Sequence record: NC_022096.1
Length of the DNA stretch: 64,000 nucleotides
Direction: 5' to 3' (one strand)
Part shown: piece after piece, positions 40,901-48,194 of the stretch
How the letters are laid out: every line of letters begins with the position of its first letter
Position numbering within the stretch: position 1 is the stretch's first letter
The notes under the pieces: generated by a model
What the model was told of the DNA's origin: nothing
What the model saw: only the letters and a program-made list of their open reading frames with translations
Database searches by the model: none
Made by a program: the position numbers and the translations under genes

Positions 40901-41010
40901 CACAGCCTCCGTTCATCGGACGCCGACGTGGTGGCGGTAGTGGTGAAGTGAATTGGTGGAACGACGTTCTTCTGGAGAAATTCATTATCACCAAGCGCGC
41001 CAAGATGTGA
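37921..41010 (+). CDS. LamG/ConA-like lectin array protein A (1029 aa)
   Basis: DDLTIEAIV...THVAVVRKNGVFRLYVAG; GDFTAEL...CHIVAERVNGVVTLYLNG; GDFTVEATV. Confidence 0.8.
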   Translation: MLSLIPRLAPWPLVRGDLRSYPTLLSKTAFSAVPTTGLSGSIVQLSHLTYKPETGKLFVPLLHSDRTGRLAVYDVAGNSLTQAVSFAAMGGTGVLRPGAHHTLSRTASGAASGKVPAVVTWGTTSTPSGIGVGLFNETASAIEGFTTSAASIVSNQSNLNLQASIIMNAAGDVGLVQYIDGPDSTRYLKYRKVVYDQAQGKLVVGTGAQEFVGQQQPAVARYYKDSLFVVCGLASSGKAFAQLLDVSGDAPVLVDSAPALKASSLAWGKASIDVVGDNLVITYLDATGDLNAELFALSSTSITRKSTQPLGGFTTSSGVRDSIVLGDTVFALIVTGNSVDVAKTTIGAQGVTRFTVDRNVMTLDATYTQAYMAKISDTRLLFVKAGTTGAMQYQFVDYVWRVDLTPSKVLAQYRFYDGEAINEVGERFALLGSGATVGNGRLNTTTNTTSRIEQDQVYFGPDDDLTIEAIVKATSSGSNGYSPICQWNVGGSNNNSWAMSVVSGLLRFSWSSSGSASSTYLTSNTPVPTGIETHVAVVRKNGVFRLYVAGQQQNETSVDATANALNTRPVSTSWSDTTGWLNGSRGNIRISREALYDGDFQPPTELPTITRPTYSEQDQAACVFQLDLRRDNLLDEVTDNQVTFVNGTALTNGRIVTVNNTTSQYTCQSKKFGEGDFTAELMINLQAVSATYGAVIMGNWRAGGVASDENRWCIILDSNRNIGFNMARSADANDFAWMMSSTPVPLNVDCHIVAERVNGVVTLYLNGSQVAQSNETDFNFPIRGGEAGWKVHSISSQVAYTVGMRCWNLRIMDKAYYNGDVKRENEFPALSVKEYVIVNGAYLHPDFSLQGGATQTEVGVDMTAGKYILGTGSPKYVFYRGDFTVEATVTPRSLVYGTGAGSGSAIVPLWACHTWAAPGQPVNWELFLNLGTNQIAFGTSHSDSTLSRTMPYTFTLGQRINFKVVRRRSQMYAFVDDTLVGVTDMPYNIGYDITQPPFIGRRRGGGSGEVNWWNDVLLEKFIITKRAKM

Positions 41011-41017
41011 TCTATAC

Positions 41018-41033
41018 GGCACAGGGACGTGCC
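41018..41033 (+). promoter_or_regulatory. CsrA/RsmA-type ANGGAN hairpin, copy 2
   Basis: GGCAC-AGGGAC-GTGCC, 7 nt after TGA. Confidence 0.7.
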
Positions 41034-41064
41034 ATTTCTATGTATTCAATTACGGGAGCATCCT

Positions 41065-44000
41065 ATGCTGAGTCTGATTCCGAGACTAGCACCTTGGCCT
41101 TTGCCGAGGGCATCCTCAGAGGTAAGTGACCTTTGGGTGCAATATCGATTTCTTGGCACTGAAGCCATTGATGAAGTTACGGATGCTGTAGCCACGCTCT
41201 ACGGAACCGCCACTTTGGCTGACGGTAAACTCGTGACTAACCCAGCGAGTCCTGCCAACTACGCGGCCATGAACAACATCATCTTCGACGCCAACGAAGA
41301 TTTCAACATAAGCCTGAACGTGAATATGCCGTTCAGCAACAGCCGTCCATACAACACTATTCTTGGTGTGTACACTTCGACCGCAGGTCCACGTGCTTGG
41401 GCTCTGGGTCGCATCGGTAACGACACTAACCCGTCGAAGCTCCACTTCGCCATGGTCTCAGGAGGTGTCAAATACGACTTCTACGGTCCCGTGCTGAACG
41501 CCGACACTGATTACCACATCGAAGTGTCGCGCACTCAGAACGTGCTGTACATCTTCGTAAACGGCAACTTGGAGCTGGCTACGCCTTTTGCCTTGGGCAA
41601 CGATCAGGCTTCTTTGCCCAGGATGCGTACCGACGTTATCCTCGCCGAGGGCCAGACGGCGACGCTCACGCACCACGGCGGCGGCTATAAGTGGGGCCTT
41701 CAGATTTTCAAAGGTAAGGGCGGTCATACGTCCAACTTTACGCCCGAAGCACCTGTCGAATACTCGCGCCCGTACTACACGGCAGACGTAGCACAAGACA
41801 TCAAGCTGCAACTTGGCATGCGCCGCGGTACTAAGGCGTGCGAAGCCTCTGGTGCCCAGTTAGCCTTGAACGGCACAGCGACCGTAGGTAAGAACGCTCG
41901 CTTATCTTTGACGAACGTAACGACCTCTTACGCGAGTATCCCGGTTGCCGCATTTGGAGAAGCCGACTTTACCATTGAGTTCATGTGTAACCTGAGCGCT
42001 GTGCATTCGACATATGGTAACCATTTCGGGCACATGTTTAGCTCGGTGAGCGCCAGCGAGGATAACCGCTGGATCGTTTGGGTGTCGCCTTCGGGTCGTC
42101 TGGGCTTTTCGATGAGCTTATCCGCGAACGCGAATGACACTGTAGGCACAGGTTCCGTAGAGGGTGCCTTCAAGTTCAACCGTGACAATCACATTGTTGT
42201 CCAGCGTAAGGATGGCGTCATCAAGCTCTACTTGAACAAACAAGAAGTGGCACAAATGGCACAAGCTGCACCCATCAGGGGCGGCGCTGGTGTGTTCCGC
42301 ACACAGTCGCTCAACGGTGCAACCTCGTGTGCCGGCCAGCTGTGGAACATTCGGATTGCTGACCGGGCACTCTACTCGGAACAGGTCAAGACCAAGCCAA
42401 CATTCCCGCAGTTCACCAAAGAATACGACCCCACGCTGTTCATGCAGTACACGTTCAGCTACGACGAAGCGATCAACGAAGTTACGGAGACGTTCGCGGC
42501 TCTCTCCGGCAACGCGGCCGTATCAAATGGCAGGTTGTCCACTGGGTCTTCGGCGAGCGACAACATGTCTACGCCTGCCACGTTGATCGAACCGAACGAA
42601 GACTTCACGTTGGAGGTGATGTTCAACTGCACCACGCATAACGTGAACATGCCGATTCTCGGTATCGTGGGTGGGAGTAACACAGGCGTATCCAAGAACG
42701 CATGGTACTTGCACTACGACGTTCCTGCTGCGGCATTTCGCTTCATGGTGTATGACGGTACTGGCGCCAGTGACATGGTGCAGTTCGCACGCCCCAACAT
42801 CTTCAATACTGACACGCACATCGCAATAGCCCGTAAAGGCGGTGTGATGACGCTGTTCATCGCGGGTCAGCCAGTTGCCAGCACACCAAGCATCAAAGGT
42901 AACGTGCCGACTTCTGTGCAGATGGGCACCACGTTCTCCTCAACGTACATGAACGGGACGCGAACAAACTTCCGTCTGGTGCGCGGACGCGCGCTGTACG
43001 ATTCCGCGTTCGAGCCTCCGGTAACGCTGCCTGTTGTAGGTCGTCCGACGTACACCCAGCAAGAAGCCGCTGCGACCAAAGCGCAGATCGATCTGCGCCG
43101 AGACAGTGCGCGAAACGATGCCAACGGACGCTCCGTTCAAGTTTATAGCTCGGCACGTCACGTTAGGGGCCGCATTCTTCATGCTGCCGCAACGTCGTCG
43201 TTCTACTACGCACCATGCGAGCCATTCGGAGCTGGTGATTTCACCATAGAGCTGGACTTTAACCTGACATCGATCAACGGCACGTACGGAGGTGCACTGG
43301 CCGGACAGTGGGTGCGAGGCAACGTAGCCTCAGAAGATAACTGCTGGCTGATCTATGTAGGACCAACCAGACTCATCCAGTTCGCCTGGGCCCGCAGTGC
43401 CGCAGCGAACGATTTCGACTTCATCGCGTCTGCGGCAGGCGTGTTTGATTTCAGCGCTGACTACCGTTTGGTTGTGGAGCGTATCGGGACCACGCTGACG
43501 ATCTACCTGAACAATGTCCAGGTTGCACAGGGTACGTGCGCGATCCCGTTGAGAACAAACGCTCCCCATTACGTGCGCAGTAACAGCTCGGCAAACCTAT
43601 ATGCGTTCGGCGGTTCTGTGTGGAATCTGCGCATTTCGGATCGTGCAGTGTACAACGGCAATGTAACGCGAGTCCCACTGTTCCCGAAAATGCCGAAAGC
43701 CGCCGAGTACACGGACCAGAGTCTGTTGAACGACATTGTTGTGCAGTGCGATATGAACGAAGGGAACGCACGCAACGCCAAGACAGGTGAAGTCATTACG
43801 TTCTCAGGTACGGGTGCGGCTATTCGTGAGCGCTTGGTGACGACACTTGCCAACACTTCGCGCTGGTATATCCCGTGCGGTCCGTTCAGTGCTGGCGATT
43901 TCACAATCGAGTTCGATTTGAACCTGCTGAGTTCCACTGGGGCTTCGTCTCGTCCGATCTTCGGTCAGTTCAGAGGTGACGTAGGACCAAACTCGTGGGT

Positions 44001-44760
44001 TTTCTACACCACGTCATCTGGTAACTTGGCGTTCCAGTGTTTGGGTGTAGATGCGTCATCGCTGAGTATCGACTCTCTCAATGGGCCTATCGAGAAGCGC
44101 ACGCTGACAGCAGGTAAAGAACATCACGTGGTTGTCGAGCGCAAGGCTGGCGTTGTGACCATGTACATCGATGGTGTTGTCATCGGCAGCGGAGCTTTCA
44201 CTGCACAGCTTGTGGACATGTCGGCGTATCCGTACATCACGAACCTGTACGATCTGTCCACGGCGAAGTATTGTGCCAGTGAGATTGGCAACGTGCGTAT
44301 TGCCAAGCGTGCCCTGTACAATGGTGTGATCACCAAAGCAAGGCTGCCGCTCGTCCCGAACCAGAAGCCTTCGTTGACTGCGAACATCGGTTCGGCGATT
44401 GGTACTCTGTCTGGTGCGTGCCAGAACTTGTATTACGGTGGCGTGCAAAGCTCGTTGGGTGCATTCAGCCATACGCTGTTCCGTGACATCCGCGATCCGC
44501 AGAACGTCAAGACTGTTCGCCTTGTTGCGCTCGCTCTCGACAGGACGTACACCGTGCTGGCGTGGCGAGAAGTGGATATGCCGCCGACCGCGGATATGCC
44601 GCAGTTCACCAACTCGTTGAAGATCGGGAACGCCGCACCTCTGCTGATCTCCAATTCGTCCGGCGCTAGTGTTGCAAATGGCGTCACGGGGCGGTATTGG
44701 TCTGGCAACCCGTTTGGTCCGTTGACACACGGAACTGCCATTCCATTCGAGTTTGTGTAG
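41065..44760 (+). CDS. LamG/ConA-like lectin array protein B (1231 aa, five LamG units)
   Basis: GGGAG SD to ATG 41065; five DF(T/N)(I/L)...H.V.R....L.(L/I)(Y/F).(N/D)G units. Confidence 0.8.
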   Translation: MLSLIPRLAPWPLPRASSEVSDLWVQYRFLGTEAIDEVTDAVATLYGTATLADGKLVTNPASPANYAAMNNIIFDANEDFNISLNVNMPFSNSRPYNTILGVYTSTAGPRAWALGRIGNDTNPSKLHFAMVSGGVKYDFYGPVLNADTDYHIEVSRTQNVLYIFVNGNLELATPFALGNDQASLPRMRTDVILAEGQTATLTHHGGGYKWGLQIFKGKGGHTSNFTPEAPVEYSRPYYTADVAQDIKLQLGMRRGTKACEASGAQLALNGTATVGKNARLSLTNVTTSYASIPVAAFGEADFTIEFMCNLSAVHSTYGNHFGHMFSSVSASEDNRWIVWVSPSGRLGFSMSLSANANDTVGTGSVEGAFKFNRDNHIVVQRKDGVIKLYLNKQEVAQMAQAAPIRGGAGVFRTQSLNGATSCAGQLWNIRIADRALYSEQVKTKPTFPQFTKEYDPTLFMQYTFSYDEAINEVTETFAALSGNAAVSNGRLSTGSSASDNMSTPATLIEPNEDFTLEVMFNCTTHNVNMPILGIVGGSNTGVSKNAWYLHYDVPAAAFRFMVYDGTGASDMVQFARPNIFNTDTHIAIARKGGVMTLFIAGQPVASTPSIKGNVPTSVQMGTTFSSTYMNGTRTNFRLVRGRALYDSAFEPPVTLPVVGRPTYTQQEAAATKAQIDLRRDSARNDANGRSVQVYSSARHVRGRILHAAATSSFYYAPCEPFGAGDFTIELDFNLTSINGTYGGALAGQWVRGNVASEDNCWLIYVGPTRLIQFAWARSAAANDFDFIASAAGVFDFSADYRLVVERIGTTLTIYLNNVQVAQGTCAIPLRTNAPHYVRSNSSANLYAFGGSVWNLRISDRAVYNGNVTRVPLFPKMPKAAEYTDQSLLNDIVVQCDMNEGNARNAKTGEVITFSGTGAAIRERLVTTLANTSRWYIPCGPFSAGDFTIEFDLNLLSSTGASSRPIFGQFRGDVGPNSWVFYTTSSGNLAFQCLGVDASSLSIDSLNGPIEKRTLTAGKEHHVVVERKAGVVTMYIDGVVIGSGAFTAQLVDMSAYPYITNLYDLSTAKYCASEIGNVRIAKRALYNGVITKARLPLVPNQKPSLTANIGSAIGTLSGACQNLYYGGVQSSLGAFSHTLFRDIRDPQNVKTVRLVALALDRTYTVLAWREVDMPPTADMPQFTNSLKIGNAAPLLISNSSGASVANGVTGRYWSGNPFGPLTHGTAIPFEFV

Positions 44761-44764
44761 GACA

Positions 44765-44784
44765 ACAGCACAAGGACGTGCTGT
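44765..44784 (+). promoter_or_regulatory. CsrA/RsmA-type ANGGAN hairpin, copy 3 (compensatory stem change)
   Basis: ACAGCAC-AAGGAC-GTGCTGT; AGCAC core begins 6 nt after TAG. Confidence 0.7.
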
Positions 44785-44825
44785 ACGGCAGCGTAATTTA
44801 CACGCATCAAAGAGGAGAATCCACA

Positions 44826-45518
44826 ATGCGTCAACTCCAAGTGTTTATGACTGCCGAGGCGCGTACCAAGGCAGAACAATTCTCCTACCAGAATATGGTA
44901 GGCGGGGAAATGCAATCGTTCGTGCATATGTTGCAGAAGCTGCACGAAACCGAAGTGCTCGACGGACATGGCACAGAGGCTACAAAGACTCTGCCGCGCC
45001 TCATGGAGATTTTCGAGCGCGCCCAAATTCAACCAGAAGATACTGCCGCTACCGCAGCAGGCAAACTCTGGGAACTCTACAGCAATCGACAAGCGATGAT
45101 CGAGGAGCGCGTTGCGTGCACCTTGCGCGACATCTTCCACAAGGCTGATCTGTCTCAGGTCACCTGCGTCGATCTGCCGAACACACAGAAGTTTCCGATC
45201 CAGGCGACGTTGCAAATGCGTCCGGGCTGGCAATTCTGTGTGGCTTATGATGCCCTGGGCGAGCTGAACTGTGGCGTCGGACAGTGGGTCGCGTTTAACT
45301 TGATGACCTCTCCGCATACCTGCAGCCGTGAAGTGCTGTTTGCTGTAAGTACACCCTACGGTCAGCTGGACTACAGCAAGGTCCACCAGCTCGCCCGTAA
45401 CTTCATCGAGGTGCTGCACAATGAAAATCGAGTTCAAGGTGATTCCGCCGGGACCACTGCACCAGCAGAAGTCCAACCTACCCAAGGGCAAACGCAACCG
45501 CTCCGGTGGAAAGACTAA
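44826..45518 (+). CDS. Hypothetical protein
   Basis: AGAGGAG SD to ATG 44826. Confidence 0.65.
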   Translation: MRQLQVFMTAEARTKAEQFSYQNMVGGEMQSFVHMLQKLHETEVLDGHGTEATKTLPRLMEIFERAQIQPEDTAATAAGKLWELYSNRQAMIEERVACTLRDIFHKADLSQVTCVDLPNTQKFPIQATLQMRPGWQFCVAYDALGELNCGVGQWVAFNLMTSPHTCSREVLFAVSTPYGQLDYSKVHQLARNFIEVLHNENRVQGDSAGTTAPAEVQPTQGQTQPLRWKD

Positions 45519-45627
45519 AGTCTCTGCTAAGCTGGATGCGGTCAAGGCGCAGAAGCACTTGGCTGAAATGTTGAAGCGGGCCGCCAAACGTGCAGCTCAC
45601 GACAACTACAAAGAACTGGATCACTAA
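45421..45627 (+). CDS. Small basic protein
   Basis: GAGGTG SD; Lys/Arg-rich; 98 nt overlap with upstream ORF. Confidence 0.45.
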   Translation: MKIEFKVIPPGPLHQQKSNLPKGKRNRSGGKTKVSAKLDAVKAQKHLAEMLKRAAKRAAHDNYKELDH

Positions 45628-45637
45628 GGAGACTACC

Positions 45638-45934
45638 ATGGGTGTCAGGGAAGTGTTGAAGAAGCTCGGCCAAATCCTGCTTGGTGCGATCCCTCTGTTG
45701 CTCGGCGTAGCGGCTGCTGTCGTTCTGCGGCGAACTCCAGATGATCCTGCAAAGCAACCAGCGCCGAAAGCTCCTGATATGGACAAGGCGGACGAAAACG
45801 TCGAGAAGCTGGAAGAAGCGCAGAAAGAACTTGATCAGCAACATCAGAAGATCGAGGACGTACTGACGCCAAAGCCAGAACCAAAGCCTTCCAAATCGCT
45901 GCAGGATGCGGTCGACAAGTGGAACAACGGCTAG
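45638..45934 (+). CDS. Putative inner-membrane spanin (Rz-like)
   Basis: AAGGAG SD; single TM ILLGAIPLLLGVAAAVVL, then Pro linker and coiled coil; next to holin and lipoprotein. Confidence 0.55.
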   Translation: MGVREVLKKLGQILLGAIPLLLGVAAAVVLRRTPDDPAKQPAPKAPDMDKADENVEKLEEAQKELDQQHQKIEDVLTPKPEPKPSKSLQDAVDKWNNG

Positions 45935-45991
45935 TTTAGGGAGGCACTAGCACAATTGCCATGGAGGCACGACGAATATGGGAGTACCAAC

Positions 45992-46372
45992 ATGTTTATG
46001 GATGCAGTGAAAGAACTGCTCGGGGTGGAACCGCACCTGGCGCTGACGTACTTCATGTGCGTTGTCATTGGTGTAGCCCTGAACTGGGCAAAACGCTGCC
46101 GAGAGTTGAACATTAGCCTGATGCAGTATTGGACCGCGAACCCGATTCGCTCTCAGACTGCCATTATCGGCACTGTGTCCGCTTTCCTGTTCACGATTAT
46201 CACGGACCCGGAAAGTGGCAAACTCGCGTACATGGCAATCGGATTTGCCTGCGATAACCTGCTCAACAAAGCACCTGTAGGCGGTACCGCTGCCGACATC
46301 ATCGCTCGCCAAGACGCGGCGATCTTGGTACAAGAGCAAAAACTGAAGGAACTTCAACAAGGTAACGCATGA
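45992..46372 (+). CDS. Putative holin
   Basis: GGAG SD; 126 aa with 2-3 hydrophobic segments and a charged C-tail. Confidence 0.55.
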   Translation: MFMDAVKELLGVEPHLALTYFMCVVIGVALNWAKRCRELNISLMQYWTANPIRSQTAIIGTVSAFLFTIITDPESGKLAYMAIGFACDNLLNKAPVGGTAADIIARQDAAILVQEQKLKELQQGNA

Positions 46373-46839
46373 TGAAATTGATCGCGCTGTTTCTCTCGCT
46401 GGCTGTGTTGACCGGCTGCCAATCGAATCGCATCACAGTCGAACCCAGTGACCGCTATGCTGATCTGCGGCCAACTGAGGCTGTTCAGGCAACTGCGGCA
46501 CCGCTGCCTGAATCTCCGAAGTTTCGTATTGTCGAGGCTAACGGTGAGCAAGTTGCTGCCCTGAACAAGGAGGGTGTCGATAAGCTGACCGCTCTCCGTG
46601 ACGCTTCGCGGCAGAACGCGGAAGCGCTGGAACTGCTCCTGACAGCACACAACGGCCTGGTGCAGCAGCGCAACTTGATGCTGGAGAACTTGCGGCTTGA
46701 GGAACAGCGCGGCAATTTCTACGCTGAGCAGTACGCCATTTCGGAGAACGCTCGGCGTGAACAGTACGATGAGTTCCAAACGGAGCTTCTTATCCACAAG
46801 GCCATGATGGTTATCATGGGGATTGCGTTGGTGCTCTGA
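46369..46839 (+). CDS. Lipoprotein, putative outer-membrane spanin
   Basis: Lipobox LTGC after signal MMKLIALFLSLAV; coiled coil; hydrophobic C-terminus. Confidence 0.65.
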   Translation: MMKLIALFLSLAVLTGCQSNRITVEPSDRYADLRPTEAVQATAAPLPESPKFRIVEANGEQVAALNKEGVDKLTALRDASRQNAEALELLLTAHNGLVQQRNLMLENLRLEEQRGNFYAEQYAISENARREQYDEFQTELLIHKAMMVIMGIALVL

Positions 46840-47306
46840 TGGACGAGACTATCTGGATTAGCGAAAACTTCACCCTGTACGATGTGCAGTTCAATGAGAT
46901 TGCGCACCGTCAGGGTATTGCCAATACGATCACCGATGACGCGCTGATCGAGAATGCCAGAAAACTGGCCGACCTCGTCCTGGAGCCAATACTGGCAGAC
47001 TTCGGTCCTGTGTTTGTTACATCGTGGTATCGGTGTGAGAATCTGGAGCGCGAGTATCAGCGCAACACGTTTGCCCGTTGGTGCATCAAGAATCGCAAGC
47101 CCATTCGGGAAGATGTATGGCAGGAGTTTCTGGCGGACAAACAAGACCACACCAAAGCGCAGTGCGTAACCCTGCGCGCCAGAGACAACGACGCCCTGTT
47201 CGATTTCATCGGGAAGCTGCCTACGTTCGACGTGCTGGTGCACAAGACCCACTGGGTGAGCGTGTCGATAGGCGACTCCAATCAACGACGAATCATCCAC
47301 GAGTGA
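46839..47306 (+). CDS. Peptidase M15-like (endolysin-type) protein, probably catalytically degenerate
   Basis: ENFTL...VLEPI...VTSWYRC...QDH...FD.L...WVSVS; the Asp and second His Zn ligands appear replaced. Confidence 0.65.
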   Translation: MDETIWISENFTLYDVQFNEIAHRQGIANTITDDALIENARKLADLVLEPILADFGPVFVTSWYRCENLEREYQRNTFARWCIKNRKPIREDVWQEFLADKQDHTKAQCVTLRARDNDALFDFIGKLPTFDVLVHKTHWVSVSIGDSNQRRIIHE

Positions 47307-47310
47307 CGCC

Positions 47311-47631
47311 ATGCAGCCTGCAAACTACGCGCCGGTATACGCTTGCGTTTACGCCCAGTTGGCAGAAGTAACCCGCCAGCATGGGTATGCCTTGTCAATT
47401 CACGGCAGCTTGGCTGCTGATTTCGACCTGGTGTGTATCCCTTGGGTGCCAAAGGTGAGTGAACCCCAAGTCGTTGTTGACCACATCACCAGCACGTTCG
47501 CAATCGAACAGGTGACAGGCTTCGAGCGGAAGGAGCACGGCCGTATCGCAACGACCATCAGCTTCTCATTCGGTGAATGTCGGCTGGACCTGTCATTCAT
47601 GCCAATTGTCAAAGGAGAGCAGCCAGCATGA
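47311..47631 (+). CDS. Small protein with minimal nucleotidyltransferase-like GS/DxD motif
   Basis: IHGSLAADFDLV. Confidence 0.45.
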   Translation: MQPANYAPVYACVYAQLAEVTRQHGYALSIHGSLAADFDLVCIPWVPKVSEPQVVVDHITSTFAIEQVTGFERKEHGRIATTISFSFGECRLDLSFMPIVKGEQPA

Positions 47632-48194
47632 TGCTCGCAATCGCCATGGGCTTGCCAAGTCGCTACGCGATTGGTCAGGAAGTTTACTTCCACCCAAACA
47701 TGTTCAAGATCACGCCGATGAATCTGCGCCTTGCGTTCATAGGCCGCATCGAAAAAGTCCAGTTCAGCGACTCCAAGGTGACGTATGATCTGGCGCTCCT
47801 GGTAGAAGAAGCCGATGCAGATGGTCACATTGAGCAGCGCTTCTACGACGCGATCACCGTCAAGGATGTGGACAGCACGTTCGTGTCCACGTATCAGGAC
47901 ATCTGCACGGAGCACGCCCGTACTCTGCGCCTGCAGACCGAAGAGGAAATTCGCCAGAATCCAGAATTGGGCAGCAAAGGCTACACCATGAAGGAGAAAC
48001 TGGCTAGACTGAAAGATCGGCGGCAGGGTGCTTGCTCTGTCGAAGAAGCTCAGCAGGTAGCCTCCGACATCAAAGAGGGCAGCGGTACGTTGCTCACAGA
48101 ACAAGAGGTAAGGGAGCGCGCTGCGGTTCGCTTCTACGACGGCCTCGAAACCCTTCGCATTCGATATAAGGAAGAGACTGATGGCTGTGCGTAA
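47628..48194 (+). CDS. Hypothetical protein
   Basis: ATGA overlap; AAGGAG upstream. Confidence 0.55.
   Translation: MMLAIAMGLPSRYAIGQEVYFHPNMFKITPMNLRLAFIGRIEKVQFSDSKVTYDLALLVEEADADGHIEQRFYDAITVKDVDSTFVSTYQDICTEHARTLRLQTEEEIRQNPELGSKGYTMKEKLARLKDRRQGACSVEEAQQVASDIKEGSGTLLTEQEVRERAAVRFYDGLETLRIRYKEETDGCA

Noticed and set aside
37195-41033. SECIS/selenocysteine read-through at TGA plus hairpin
   Set aside because: Spacing and structure do not match a bacterial SECIS, the third copy follows TAG, and the first does not lead into a long frame.
37205-44784. Diversity-generating retroelement interpretation of the post-stop hairpins
   Set aside because: No reverse transcriptase, no template/variable repeat pair and no shared 3' ends among the upstream genes in this window; the loop fits Rsm, not a DGR-type hairpin.
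45992-46000. Holin dual-start motif (Met-Phe-Met)
   Set aside because: Lacks the basic residue that makes the lambda S107 antiholin; no supporting RNA structure seen.
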